Origin: Phoronis australis
Lineage: Eukaryota; Animalia; Phoronida
Direction of reading: 5' to 3'
Assembly (NCBI GenBank): GCA_002633005.1
Contig: NMRA01000543.1
Location: 149,188 to 213,187, forward strand
DNA: 64,000 nucleotides
Shown in pieces: positions 1 to 13,457 of the stretch. The notes under the pieces were generated by a model. That model worked only from the letters and a program-made list of their open reading frames with translations, was not told the DNA's origin and ran no database searches. The translations under genes and the position numbers were made by a program. Every line of letters starts with the position of its first letter. Position 1 is the first letter of the stretch.

Positions 1-1033
1 TCATCTGAATGCAGCATATTTCGACTTAATTCGTATTTTATCTTACTTTGAAGTTGACCGCTTTTGACCCTCGTAACGCTCAATATTACTTTAATAGAAA
101 AGTTTCACACGATATACGCTATATATTATTTAGCGCTTTTTGCTAACTTAATGCAATACTCACTTGTTTTTCCTCTTTTGCGGTACCTTTCGTTTGACGC
201 CTTCAGAATTTTTAAAGTAAGTCTTCAACACGTCGTTGTTTATATACAAACGGCTTCACACCCTTGTTTATATACTAGCGTCTGTAATCTTTGTTCACTA
301 TGTTTAACAACGAGCGGTCATTATCTAAAATTACGGCTAATTGTTTTGAGTCCGCTTGGTTTATTTTGATCACGGACGCCACAGACAAAAAATGCGGTTA
401 GTACAAATGGTCGCTCGTCAATCTATGTCAATCATTATAAGTACACGGTTGTGAAACCAAATGTAAACTAGTAAATTGTAATTTAAAACGTACCCGGATC
501 TAAAGGTTGTAGCTAAGGTAAGTTAGCGTAGTCTCCAGAATCGTTGAATACGGCGTGCGTCATGACGTCGACGTCATATGTAAGCGAAATTGTGGTAGGT
601 ACCTCTTTGGAAATTGCTTTTTTCTCCGTAATGATAGGTATCTGAAAAGCGCTTTGGAAGATTACATAACAAAATGTGATCGGGTTTATTGAAACGTAAA
701 TTTTAATTGAAATATAGTAAATTTTTACAAGAGCCAAACATTGTATCAAAAAGCGTCGAGGCCCGCTTTCTTGCGGATTGGACCCAACCACTACTGCATT
801 ATCAAGTCATGAACATGACTAACTTGACCCCACCAACCATATTTACCACCGATTAATTTGATGCCCCAGCCCCCGGGCGACTGTTGCACGTTTTCGAAAA
901 GCAATGTTTTCGAATGGCGAATACTTTTGAAGAGGTAATTTTCAATGAGCGCTGAATGCTCATGGCCATGGTTTTGGCAATTTAGTGAAAGTCAAATTGA
1001 TCAGATATTTGGAATTGAATAGCGGAAGCATAG

Positions 1034-1199
1034 CAGGGACGGATCCAGGATTTGAGTTGGGGGTGGGGGGGTGGGCCAGGGCAGAGTATTAGCCAAGATT
1101 TTTCCTGTCAGACATTCGCACCCCCGTACTGCCAAATGGAATCTGAGAGAATTTTAGGGGGGTCATGGCTCCCTTGGCCCCCCTCTAAATCCGCCACTG
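1034..1199. mobile_element. GC-rich MITE with CAG..CTG ends and 5-bp TSD (hAT5-like)
   Basis: Ends CAGGGACGGATCCAG / CTAAATCCGCCACTG, flanked by CATAG on both sides. A degenerate sibling lies at about 1707-1845. Confidence 0.8.
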
Positions 1200-1706
1200 C
1201 ATAGGTTTTACCATGTGCACTCAAATTATAACAGGTCACTCTAGTGAATTGGCAATTTACAATGTACTAGTTCTTTATCAGAAATATGTCAAGACTCCAG
1301 AATGCTTTCAAGGGAGACAAAGTGTACTTAACGCAATGGCAATGTCCGCGGAATTTTAACGCCTCTCGGCAATTAACCACAATGATCGCTTACACATCAC
1401 GTAGGCGCACCATTCCAAGAATTCTAAAACTGATGCCACTGCAACACTTCCAGGCGACAGGAGTGAATGGTGACTATTCCAGCAGAGAACTTCTAAGCAA
1501 TACTTGGAAGGTGTTGTTATGGGCGCTCAGGGTGGTTGTCATGGCACAGCCATCAAGGAAAAATTCACGGAAGTGCATTGGGAAGGTAATAGGAGAAATT
1601 AATGCCGACCATCTAGCAAAAACAGATTGAAAAACGGGAAGTACACATTTTTCTGAATAAGTACAGAGAAACTGTCAACTCAAACATGGTTACGTAGGAC
1701 CCTAGA

Positions 1707-1845
1707 CAGGAACGGTTGAGTTTGGGAGGGGGCCAGGGCAGAGTATTAGTCACGATTTTGCCCGTTAGACATTCACACCCCCCAACTACCAAATGGAATC
1801 TGGGAGAATTTTAGAGCCCCCCCCTCCCCCCTAGATCCGCCACCG
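1707..1845. mobile_element. Degenerate copy of the 1034-1199 MITE
   Basis: Shares GGCCAGGGCAGAGTATTAG..AGACATTC..CAAATGGAATCTG..GAATTTTAG and the right end CTAGATCCGCCAC. Confidence 0.75.
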
Positions 1846-2959
1846 CTAAAAATGTCCAATTTGGGCCAACTTCGGAATATCATATCTCGGAAACGCTTGG
1901 TCGAATTCTTATGAAAGTTTCAGGTACTGTGCTTAATACATTGTTCTCGAAAACGCTCGCGGTTAGGGATTGTATTTTAATGCCTCACTTTTGCACAAGG
2001 GAATATCAAAATATCGGACTAGACTCACAATGATTTTTGAGAAAACGAAAACGAAACGATAATTTAGAAAACTGCAACTGCGTTTATGAAATTTTATTTC
2101 AAACATCTATAATTTCATTATTCCATACGAAATTTTGCTATGAATTATATAAATCTTCTTTTTACTTAATTTTACTAAAAAGCATGGCCAGATTGGTGTA
2201 GTCAAAAATTAAATTCTACAGAATTTCTACTTTCAGAAAATACTGAGTTAAATTCTATAATTTAATAGATATTTGGCTAAATGGCAGTGTTATCGACGAG
2301 GTCCTTCATAATCTTGGGATTTGCCGGTATTTAGCTGTCTGTGAATTTCTTTGGGGTTTAAAAACTATGCCATATTTATCCGTTGAGGCGGCAACTCGAC
2401 TCGTATCCAGTGCGTACACGCGCCATTTTTATTCGCTATTTTTGGATTGACCAACACCAATAAACATCGAAGCGTTTTTTTTCGAGTCGCTGACGTTTTC
2501 TATATTCTTTGTTGACAACGTAAATCAAGTCCTATCAAAGTAAGGAATATTACGAGACTGATTTTATCAGGTTAAGTGGCTTAATCCATTTCCGTTTTTG
2601 TAGCAGCCAAATACCGAGGACACCTAGTTTCTAAATTTTTGTACAAGTTAGCAGTCACTTTCGGATTACCAATTCTTGTCAATTAGTCACCTACAAGGGT
2701 CCTGCATTTTGAGAGCCAGTTTTCTCCACCGAAGAACGAGTATCAAATTGGTTCTCAAAATCTGGGACCAATGAAAGTCACTGTTTCTCTTTTTAAGAGA
2801 AATCATTAAGGGTCACACTTAAATTTTTAACAAGTATTGTTTGTACTTTGTTTTAATTCATTTTTCGATTTTTGGCAGCTGAACACTGAGGAAACACACT
2901 TTTAACTGCAGATTTATTTAAAGTGCACATAACAATTTAAACAATTTTATTAATTTTGA

Positions 2960-3101
2960 GCAAAGCCCCAGAAATCTTTTTCGCCTTGTTTCCAGATTCT
3001 CATTCATTCACTAGCTCGGCGAGCTCAGAGAAGGAGACTCTTTTGTGCAATGTTTCTGCCAATAAGACCTGGATTCGAACCCGGGTCTCCCAAACTGGCC
3101 G
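2960..3101 (-). mobile_element. tRNA-derived SINE copy interrupted by a MITE
   Basis: Minus-strand GGAGACCCGGGTTCGAATCC B-box, followed by a body (TTATTGGCAGA..GAGTCTCCTTCTC..GAATGAATGAGAA) shared with copies at about 11700, 12870 and 55250. Confidence 0.7.
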
Positions 3102-3342
3102 CAGGGCTTGGAATGACCAATGACAAAAAGAGGAAAATTTTCCGGTCATGTATCGTTCCACAAACAAATAGGCGTGCGGGATAGAAATATTTTCAGTGTT
3201 GTAAACTTTAAGTGAAATAAACGTTTTTACATGAATAAAAATAAATAATGATAAATTAGACAAAAAGAGGAAACGGGGAATCAAATGAGAGGAAATTGAG
3301 ATCAAATGGAGGCAATGCTCAAGAGAAAAAATTCAAGTCCTT
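3102..3342. mobile_element. MITE, copy of the 7713-7963 family, nested in a SINE
   Basis: CAGGGCTTGGAAT left end, internal sequence collinear with 7713-7963, degenerate right end ATTCAAGTCCTT. Confidence 0.75.
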
Positions 3343-5100
3343 CGGTAGCACAGAGGTCAAAGCAGTGAGTCCACACAGTCACAGTACTGTTCTTCAGAAT
3401 AAAAACATCATAAGTGTAACATAGAACGAATAATATAACAAAAAAACAAGATTATTCTGTACATTATGATATATTTCAATAACAGGAAGCAAGACATTCT
3501 GTAGAAAACGCCATTGGGAACTAAATTGACACCTTCAGTTCAACAATACAAAATTTAATACAAAGTGGTCCTACTAAGGCACAGCAGTCTAGCACCAGTA
3601 ACCTAACTGCTTCAACCAAAACCAACTTTTGAAAGCAAGTTAAACAACAAAAATATTCATATTTAAGTAAAATATTGATATTTACATATTGAAAATGTAT
3701 TCAGCATGTTTCATATATAAACACGACAGTACCATAGCCTGCAGGGACATCTTGAGGGATAGGTACAAGGTTAAATATTCTGAAATTACGAGTTGAGAAG
3801 TCACCTACATGATAGACAGACCTCTTCACACCAACGCCACAGCTCACCTGAAACACCTTCAATAAATAGACAACCTAGTAGACTGGTACTACCTGACATC
3901 ATGAACAGACAACGTCTGATTGGTCAACGTGTTTCTATGGCAACAACTGCTACACTCTGGCTTCCCTTTTGAGTTAGCTAAATACCCTGAGTTAACCAAC
4001 CAGTAGCAAGCATTCACCAAAATGCCTTGTATGGGATTGTCTTCAGGAGTGTTTGAAGTCAGCAGCCAATCAACTAGTCTGATATCAGCAAACTGAGGTG
4101 ACTATAAAAGTGTGGAGTTGGAGGCATGCGCTTCAGATCCTGAACCCATACATTTTTATGGCACGGAAAAGTCCAGGTCTATGTATTTACGTGATTTGAA
4201 AAACGGTAGCAGTTCATATACATACATCTAAAATGGGAAACAAGTGTCAGGTGCCAACTAGTAAGTCAAGTTTTGATCTAAAAATGTAGCCGCAAATATG
4301 GTTAACTAAAATACTCAGTCTATAGCTATATACAATTAGTAATGCCAGCCACACCTATTTAGAAACATCAACGACAGCTTCCAAAAACTAAAAATTTCAA
4401 AAATACTGTGACCGCTCAAGTTTGTGACATCTAATAACTGAAATGGCAAACGACAACCACAGGAAAATTCAAATTTAGCTACAAACCTGCCATCCATCAA
4501 AAACCAAACTTGATTTACAGATATTACCATTATATATTGTTATTGCTTGAGATGAATTGGCTTGTCAAGAGGGACATTTTATGAGCCTGGTCCCAAGCAT
4601 TGCTGCACTGTCAGGTCTTCCGAAAACCAGAAATCAAGTTGAGGCCAGTTTTATCCTGTACTGTGGTCTAAGTCAGAACATAAGGTTTCTTTGATAGTTG
4701 AATGTAAATTTATAGCTATCGTACTTAAAAAATTGAGTACAAAACATGAAACTTCAAAATGAACAAAACATATTGCAAAAGGAATCCAGTGTGTTCCTTA
4801 GAATTGCGCTCAGTAACCAGCAAAAATATAGCGATGACAACTCTTTGCGTGCAACATAGGGTGGACAAGAGGAATATTTTGTTGTCCCATTTTATAACAA
4901 AAATAAAAATTAAATGAAATTGGATTCTATTATAAGCATGGTGTGCACTTTGCATATGTCACATGACAATACCTGGTGAAGACTACATTATCTGTAGACA
5001 GGTATTCAGCCTTTAGTTTTGACAATTATTTTACTTTTGTGCGCAATAACTAAAAAATTTCCACAATACTTTCTATTCACCATTCTCGCATCATTCAGTG

Positions 5101-8100
5101 TTATGACTTTCCTATGGCCACAATGATGATAGTCACATTGTCAGCACTCAGTCTCTTCACAGCATCCCCAGCCACTCTGCTGCAGGCCGCTTCAAACCGA
5201 GCCTCTCTCTCACTCCTAACCTCCGTCGCCGTAATCTGGTCGCTACTCATCACCCTGCTTATAGTCTCTATGCAGTCGGCATTGGAAAATGTCTTCCATA
5301 CTCCGTCACAAGCCAATACTAGATATTTATCTCTCTCTGTCAGTTGGCATCGTTTGATGTCAGGTACACACGAGACTCCATATGCCTTGTATGGCCCATC
5401 ACCCAGAGACCTTGAGACTTCCAGCTGCCCTAGTACTCGACCATCCCTGGCAATAAATGACAGACAGATTAGATAACAAACAATCCAGCAAAAGAGAAAC
5501 TGATCCCTGTCTTTTAAAAGCGTTCCAATCCCCCTTAATCCTCTCATCCCTGTGATCTAGTAACTTCTTGTCCAGAAACACGCAATGTTTTTGGGGGAAA
5601 ACACTTGTCTACTTTAATGCAAAATCATTTACAATCATTATTATAATTCAGACTTTCATCACAACTGTGGACAAAACATTCCATGAAACAAAATGAATTT
5701 TGACACTATTTGATGATTTTTTGAAAACTACTGTAGTATGTTTCAAACATATAACTGCACTCTCAGTGGTTTACATATTCATTCTTTGACACCACCAGCT
5801 CACTGATGACATCATAAAACTGTTTTGAGGTATAAATACTGTTACATAATTTCTACCTATTGAAGACATTGGATGATGAGCACGGGTGACCCCAATACCT
5901 GCGCTCGTTCTTCAAAGAACGCTGTGACACCTAAAGATGGCTGGAGAAATGACAACGAACAACGGAAACACTGTTTCAATGTAAATAGGCTAGAGGTTGA
6001 TTTAAATAGACCAATAGATTTNGAGCCTCTCTCTCACTCCTAACCTCCGTCGCCGTAATCTGGTCGCTACTCATCACCCTGCTTATAGTCTCTATGCAGT
6101 CGGCATTGGAAAATGTCTTCCATACTCCGTCACAAGCCAATACTAGATATTTATCTCTCTCTGTCAGTTGGCATCGTTTGATGTCAGGTACACACGAGAC
6201 TCCATATGCCTTGTATGGCCCATCACCCAGAGACCTTGAGACTTCCAGCTGCCCTAGGACTCGACCATCCCTAGCAATAAATGACAGACAGATTAGATAA
6301 CAAACAATCCAGCAAAAGAGAAACTGATCCCTGTCTTTTAAAATATTTCCAATCCCCCTTAATCCTCTCATCCCTGAGATCTAGTAACTTCTTGTCCAGA
6401 AACACGCAATGTTTTTAGGGGAAAACACTTGTCTACTTTAACGCAAAATCATTTACAATCATTATAATGCAGACTTTCATCACAACTGTGGACAAAACAT
6501 TCCATGAAACAAAATGAATTTTTACACTATTTGATGATTTTTGAAAACTACTGTAGTACGTTTCAAACATATAACCGCACTCTCAGTGGTTTACATATTC
6601 ATTCTTTGACATCACCAGCTCACTGATGACATCATAAAACTGCTTTGAGGTATAAATACTGTTACATAATTTCTACCTATTGAAGACATTGGATGATGAG
6701 CACAGGTGTCCCCAATACCTGCGCTCGTTCTTCAAAGAACGCTGTGACACCTTAAGATGGCTGGAGAAATGACAACGAACAACGGAAACACTGTTTCAAA
6801 GTAAATAGGCTAGAGGTTGATTTAAATAGACCAATAGATTTTAAGATGTAAAAGACTGTTTATAAGTATCACTATTTTCCCAAGCTTACAAACCATACGT
6901 ATTTTGCGACCCCCCTTTCCCTCTCTGTAAGTGTATGGTTCTGTACCGGTTACAGTCCAAGTGTGCTTCAAAGTTAATTGGTTTGACATGGTATCAACAT
7001 AAAACATCGTTTTTATTACAATTTGTCATGTAATTTGTTTTTGCCTAGTTGTATCTTGGCGACATTTCTTGCTTTGCCATGTTTTTTCGATGTAAAAAAG
7101 AAATGAAAACCTTGACTTCTGTTATTAGACATCATTCTTATGACAACAAAAGTGTAAGCGCCGCCCCCCCTCCCCCCAAAAGCGAATACATTTGCTCGCT
7201 TGTGAAAATGGTAAAATTGTCAATGGTCCCTAATGACCTGATTGTCGATACAATTAGCATCATCTTCCACATAATAAAGACTCACTTAACATGTCCGCCA
7301 GCTTTTTGTATTCTGATTCGCTCATCATACATAGTAGGATTGTGATCCGTGGTAAGAGTGACGCCCACAAGTTTACCCTCCGCGTTTTGTCTGCACAGGA
7401 TGGCCTGTTGATGTAGACACATTAAGTACAACAATAATGGCATAATATCAATGCAAACACTTTAACAGAAAACAAGTTGACTTGTAACGCTGTGTCATTT
7501 TATGCGCTGAGTACGGTTTCAAACAATAATGGACGCTCAGTTATTTGTAAACTCAGACTTCATTTCTAAACTGAAAAAAGTTAAGATCAATTTTATTGCG
7601 GTATGTGGTCTACACCAAAAGTGTACTTTTTCGATGAAACCCAGGTTTATAGTTGCTTCGTGTCAGGAAACTCATTCAGACAAAGAAAGAAAAAGGAAAA
7701 TGAGTGTATAACCAGGGCTTGAAATAACCGATGACAAAAAAAGAGGAAAATTTTCCAGGTGACGTATTGTTCCACAAATAAATAGACTTGTGTGATAGAA
7801 ATATTTTATGTTGTAAAATTTATCTGAAATAGCTGTTTTTGCATGAATAAAGTCAATATAATGATAAAAAAGAGACCCAAAAGAGGAAACTGGACATCAA
7901 ATAAGAGGAAAACGAAACCAAAAATGAGGAAATCTTCTTAAACGAGGAAAATTCCAAGCCCTGATAACTCAAGGTCGGGAAATATTATTTGAGTTGGTCC
8001 ACATTAGTTTCACTGTTTCTGGAGTCACTTAGACAATGGAAGAAAAATAAGAGGACAGTTCAAAGTTGGAAAACGTTAATAAACCTTACCCAACATTACT

Positions 8101-11100
8101 TTAGCTTAAGGACTATGGGTAAATAAAGCTTGTCGTTAAATATTAAGAAGGTTGACTAATTGAATAGCTTTTGCAAGCTCAACCATATTTAGCAAGACGT
8201 AAATAATCAAAGGTAGGTTTACTTCCAAGGAAGCTCTTCGGCGAGAACATCAGACGTTTCGCCTTCACCCCAAGCTAATCATCAGAAAGCAGTGAAAATT
8301 TGTCCATTCTTTTACTTATGACTGGACAAGGTTTTCAAATTGATATGACCACTACTGGGTACAAACACGTATGTGAACAACGACATATTGATTGACGTTT
8401 CGGTTTATTCACTATAAATCATTCTCAAGACAAAAGTCAACATTATTTAATCAGGTGACACAAGTGGAGAACAGACTGTACAGGTACAGGTCAAAATGCA
8501 TTGTGAGACGAGACCAGAAATCAAAACAGTTGGAGCTCAAATGAACCGATGTTTCTATTGATATAGCGCTCAGCACGATTGAACAACGTGAACTTTCTTC
8601 TTGAGAATGGTTTATAGGGAATAAACCGAAATGTCGATCAATATGTCGTTGTTTACATACGCGCTAATTTTAAAGTTCGTACTCATATTTTGGCCAGAGG
8701 CAAATGTGATCAAGCCTACTGGGACAGTTTTAACAATGTACTGATCAATCTACAAATCTGCAAAGGTCAGGCAAGGGAGCCAAACGATGCTCTAAGGAAG
8801 GCTTTACCTTGCTGTCTCCCAGATTGGCAATGTACAGTGTATCGTTGATAGCCAATACTGTGGTAGCAGTGGACCCATCCTTCCATGAAGGCTTCCTGAA
8901 ATGACCAACAGGTGGCGGTAAACACCCTCTTTATAAATACATCTGGCATATCAGACAAACTATGATCAAAATAATACGAAAAGTTTTCAAATATGCCTCT
9001 TGGTTTTCCAGTTGTATTTTGAATAAAAACTTTGAATTTCAACAGTAACTCACAAACCTGAGTCAAGGAGTTAAATCTTTTAACAGTTGACTACATGTTT
9101 TATGAAGAATTTTCTGTAAACAAATGAATTTCATCAACAGCCAAATTTTTAACCAGTAACCAAATGAAGAACTAAAACTATTTCATAACTCCATCAATGA
9201 AAAGACAGATTGCAGTACTCACGTTTTTGAGGCCTGTTTTAAAAATTCATCATCAACCTTTTTGTAAACCTCAATGAAGATTTTCTTCATTTCTTTTTCA
9301 ACACCTTGTAGTTCACCTGAAGCCAAACAAAATAACAAGCTTGCTCAAATAACGTACATTCAAGGCAATTTTAATGCGTCTTACAATTTTCATTACTGCT
9401 TGACAACTTCACGCAGCAACCGTACAACACAATCTTGCCAATTTAGGACACAACATGGCGGAAAAGAAATTTGATTTTCTGATTTTTTTACAAAATTTAT
9501 GCAAAAATAATGCTTTACCATCTTCAGGTTTTGTGCTACAGGTGTAAATACTATTAATACAAAATTTTGAAGCATTGTGGGCATTCACGGCAACTTAGGA
9601 ACTCTTGCAAATGAAAAAGGGTTAATTTTGGTGACTGTGTCCGGACTTGATGAGACTTATACAGATCTTGGCCATGGTGCATAAAAATAATTAAAGGGTA
9701 ACGATTACAACTTTGGAACACAGACGGCTCACAAGGCAGTGCAATACAGACAAAACAGACTGTACCCACCAACATTATCACTTCTTTAACCTTAATTTTG
9801 ATAATTAGTATTCTGTAAACCTCTGTACCAAACCCTTTGGATGAACGTCAACGCTGAACTTCATTCTCTACTTTGCAATTTCTCAGCAAATCTAAATGTT
9901 CTTTCTAATTAGAACAGTGTCATAAATAAAAAGGCATACACTACCTAAGTATTTGTCTGTTACCTTTAGGCAATCTCTCTGCCAGTCTTTTGTGGAAATT
10001 CTCAGCGGCAAACTTTGATGCCCTTGCCCCGCCATGACCATCGAAGACTGCGTAGAACGCAAGCCTTGAGCTGGAAACACAAATGGCTGGAGTGTCTTCA
10101 AAAACATAACAGTGCTTAACAAGGTCTAGCCAACACTGTATTCTCAAAGCACTCAGTCACATCTACATATAAGGTTTGTATAAATTTCGAAGCTCAAAAA
10201 TAAACATAAAGATTGCCAAATGAATCCTAAAGAATCCAAACACACATGAGCAACAAACTATGTGTTCAAACATATACATGCGCAAGACTTTTGCAATTGC
10301 GAAAAATGTACCTTAACTTAGGATGCAATACGGCAGATAAATGGCACAACCGGTATTTCATTTTGTCCAATTTCTACACTTAAACTAATGTTTGACTCCG
10401 TTTTTCATCTGATAGACACTGATACGACTCCTTTAAGCAAAAGCAGAAAATCCCAGGCATTTTAACATAGTCAGCCACAGAAAAAAAAGAAAGATTGCAA
10501 CTTTGGCAATTCCCTTTGTGCAACATTGAAGAGAAGTTACAATACGTTTTATTTGCCTCTCTGAAACCTTGTTCTGTTCTTACGCACAAGAAAGTCAACT
10601 TTTTGACGAATTTGAAAAGTCACGGCAATCCTAAACACATACATGGAAGAGTGTAGACTTGTCACGTGACTTGTGAAGTCATCAATGATGACATGAGCAT
10701 CCTGCATCTCATCCCGTTCGCCTTGTCTTTCAGCAAAGAACCCCTGCAACTGCAGGATCCCTGCAAAAGATTCCAACCTGCCAAGAGTCTTGACGTAATC
10801 ATCTCAACTTAACAAAGATGTATTGTGACACGGTCTGATTAATGCGAAGCAACATCATGAACAAAATGGGAGTCTAAATAAATTGAGAGGAAGATAATGT
10901 CACAATCCCAGATAAAAAGAAACATTGACGCCAATGTTACAGGCTGCCACCCAGACAAATGTAACAACCAAAGAAAACAAGCAATGATATCCACACTTTT
11001 TATAAATTTCAAACTCAAAAAAAAGTTTTCCCAACTGTTCATAAACAGCAGCATTTGTCGTCATTTAACACAAAAATCACCGAAAGCAATTAATTGGACC

Positions 11101-12229
11101 GTGATTTTTTACACGTCTACTCTGCTCTATTCAACCTGCCTCTATAGGTGTTTGTTGACATTCGCGCTTCCGACACATTTGTGGATAACATTGCAAGACC
11201 TATTCGCGGTTTTATTCTGATGAATGATTGCACGCAGATATCTATAACACACGAGCATGCATAAAATACAATGTACAGCACAAATCACATAGGACAACTC
11301 AATAAACAGTTCATACGTATTACCTTCAGTTGAACTTCGACAGCGCTTGTTCCCAACCATGTCAGTATCCTCTTTTGTTCTCTCCCGAGCTCTCTTTTCA
11401 GTACCACTGCCGTTGGAGACATCTGGCAAATCTCCGAATAGTGAGTCTGAAGTTTTGGAGCCCTCTGATGCGGTTTCGCCTGTAGAATTCTTGAGAGGAT
11501 GACTATTATCCGCAGCTAAACAAGAAAAGTATACTTGAAATGCTGAAACAAACTCTTGAGACGAGGGTTAATCTTTAGCAAAATTACATGTGTACTTCTC
11601 AGTTATGGTGACTTGGTGCTCTTACATTCTAAAAAACTTAATTCTCTTCTTTACACTTCACACTAGAAGAATAAAAGAAGAGTATTCTAAAGTATTTCTC
11701 ATTCATTCCCTTACATACATTCATCATTCAAGTAAGATCAAGCTTAGGGGAGAAGGAGACACTATTGTGTGACGCTCGATTGTCTGTCAATAAAGCCAGG
11801 ATTCGAGCCTGGGTCTCCAGAAGGGAGTCCGGAGCACAAACCACTGAGCATGCTGTACATTTATGCCTTGACACATTTTGGCACTTGACAGGTTTGTCAT
11901 CAGGTAAACAGGAAGAAGACTCTCAGAGGATAGGCAACTCCCTCGGATGACAGTATACAGGTATACACAGCCATGTAACTGCCAACTCAGAGGGTAACGT
12001 GAGATTTGGGAACTGTCTATATTGACACAGACAATGCTTCTCCTTTGTGGTCCCTAATTTTGAGATGCGGGTTTTGAATTGAAATTTGACAGAAGATTGT
12101 ACAATGTGGGCTTTTAGTCCATACATTGACGACAGGGGAACAAATCGAATTAGTCTTAGGAGAATTGGAATTCTATCTAAACTATAAGGTCAACTTACAA
12201 AGCTCGGGTAAATCTGCAAACAAATCCAT
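5101..12229 (-). CDS. ILKAP: Integrin-linked kinase-associated PP2C-family Ser/Thr phosphatase, 8 coding exons: 12229-12199, 11479-11324, 10760-10643, 10070-9964, 9316-9223, 8895-8808, 7404-7286, 5446-5101 (about 352 aa)
   Basis: Phase-consistent GT-AG exon chain summing to 1059 nt. N-terminus MDLFADLPE (ILKAP-like), followed by PP2C motifs GERDEMQDAH, AVFDGHGG, KPSWKDGSTA, IANLGDSK, DHNP, LEVSRSLGD, LACDGVW and SADNVT. Confidence 0.93.
6023..6841 (-). repeat. Second copy of 5199-6021 (partial ILKAP last exon plus upstream intron), probably an allelic/assembly duplication
   Basis: Near-identical to 5199-6021 with scattered SNPs and small indels. The junction is a single N at 6022, and the exon copy 6270-6023 is cut off at that N. 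Confidence 0.85.
7713..7963. mobile_element. MITE with CAGGGCTTGAAAT / ATTCCAAGCCCTG TIRs and 5-bp TSD ATAAC
   Basis: TIRs and the ATAAC duplication on both flanks are read directly from the sequence. Confidence 0.82.
8368..8661. mobile_element. Foldback element with about 85-bp imperfect inverted arms
   Basis: CGTATGTGAACAACGACATATTGATTGACGTTTCGGTTTATTC.. pairs with ..GAATAAACCGAAATGTCGATCAATATGTCGTTGTTTACATACG. Confidence 0.75.
11700..11853 (-). mobile_element. tRNA-derived SINE (allelic copy at about 12870-13021)
   Basis: A-box-like GCTCAGTGG, B-box-like GGCTCGAATCC and the shared family body. Confidence 0.7.
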
Positions 12230-12271
12230 GTTAGTGTCTGCTGGCACCTGTGCTGGGCTGGAGAGCCGACT

Positions 12272-12666
12272 TAGTCTCCTGCACAGACCCTCGAGGTTGG
12301 TTGGGGTCTGCTACAGCGCACTTTTCCATGTGCATTCTTGGAATATCATTGGCTGTTCCGATTTCAAGAAACAAGGCATTCTATTGGTCAGTTGAATAAT
12401 AGGTCAAACTAGTTCACCAACATGGCGACTTCCAGTAAGGGAAGAGTGTCGATGGATTTTATCTGTTTAAATCTCTCTGTTCTCGTCAAACTACCGCATT
12501 TCAAAGCTAACGAGTCAAGGAATACATCAGCAGTAACGTATAAGAAACATTTACTGATAATTATTATCTTGTATACTATGCTGTATTCTGAAGTGATGTG
12601 ACATTTTACGAAATAATTTGTGGAAGAGATAGCCATTCACAACAACAGTCATTTGAGGCACACTAT
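12272..12666. mobile_element. Insertion present in only one copy of the ILKAP 5' region (probable non-autonomous DNA element, truncated by the contig end)
   Basis: The two copies diverge abruptly after GAGCCGACT. The insert starts TAGTCTCCTGCACAGACCC..GGGTCTG with a terminal hairpin. Confidence 0.55.
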
Positions 12667-12667
12667 N

Positions 12668-13457
12668 GAGGATGACTATTATCCGCAGCTAAACAAGAAA
12701 AGTATACTTGAAATGCTGAAACAAACTCCTGAGACGAGGGTTAATCTTTAGCAAAATTACATGTGTACTTCTCAGTTATGATGACTTGGTGCTCTTACAT
12801 TCTAAAAAACTTAACTCTTTTCTTTACACTTCACATTAGAAGAATAGAATAAGAGTATTCTAAAGTATTTTTCATTCATTCCCTTACATACATTCATTCA
12901 AGTTAAGATCCAGCTTAGGGGAGAAGGAGACAGTATTGTGTGATGCTCGATTGTCTGTCAGTAAAGCCAGGATTCGAGCCTGGGTCTCCAGACGGGAGTC
13001 CGGAGCACAAACCACTGAGCCCGCTGTACATTTATGCCTTGACACATTTTGACACGTGACAGGTTTGTTATCAGGTAAACAGGGAGAAGATTCTCAGAGG
13101 ATAGGCAACTCCCTCAGCTGACAGTATACAGATATACACAGTCATGTAATTGCCAACTCAGAGGGTAACGTGAGATTTGGGAACTCTCTATATGGACACA
13201 GACAATGCTTCTTCTTTGTGCCAATTGTGGTCCCTAATTTTGAGATGCAGGTTTTGAATTGAAATTTGACAGAAGATTGTACAATGTGGGCTCGTACTCC
13301 ATACATTGACGACAGGGGAACAAACCAAATTAGTCTAACGCTCAGGAGAATTGGAATTCAATCTAAACTATAAGGTCAACTTACAAAGCTCGGGTAAATC
13401 TGCAAACAAGTCCATGTCAGTGTCTGCTGGCACCTGTGCTGGGCTGGAGAGCCGACT
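12668..13457 (-). repeat. Second copy of 11495-12271, including a duplicate ILKAP first coding exon (ATG at 13415-13413), probably the other allele
   Basis: Near-identical block starting immediately after the single N at 12667. It encodes the same MDLFADLPEL exon with a gtaagt donor. Confidence 0.85.

Noticed and set aside
562-577. 16-bp palindrome ATGACGTCGACGTCAT and scattered TGACGTCA CRE sites
   Set aside because: Short motifs with no associated TSS evidence. They cannot be distinguished from chance or repeat-borne motifs.
3060-3101. tRNA gene (GGTTCGAATCC B-box), likewise at about 11800, 30580 and 55260
   Set aside because: No complete cloverleaf, and each continues into a shared SINE body.
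5114-5476. Plus-strand ORFs antisense to exons (also 62659-63030 and 62985-63383, and minus ORFs 31779-32156 and 40245-40568)
   Set aside because: Shadow frames of real coding exons with no independent support.
5976-6371. Second PP2C gene or paralog
   Set aside because: Near-identical to the ILKAP last exon and truncated at a single N. It is best explained as a haplotype duplication.
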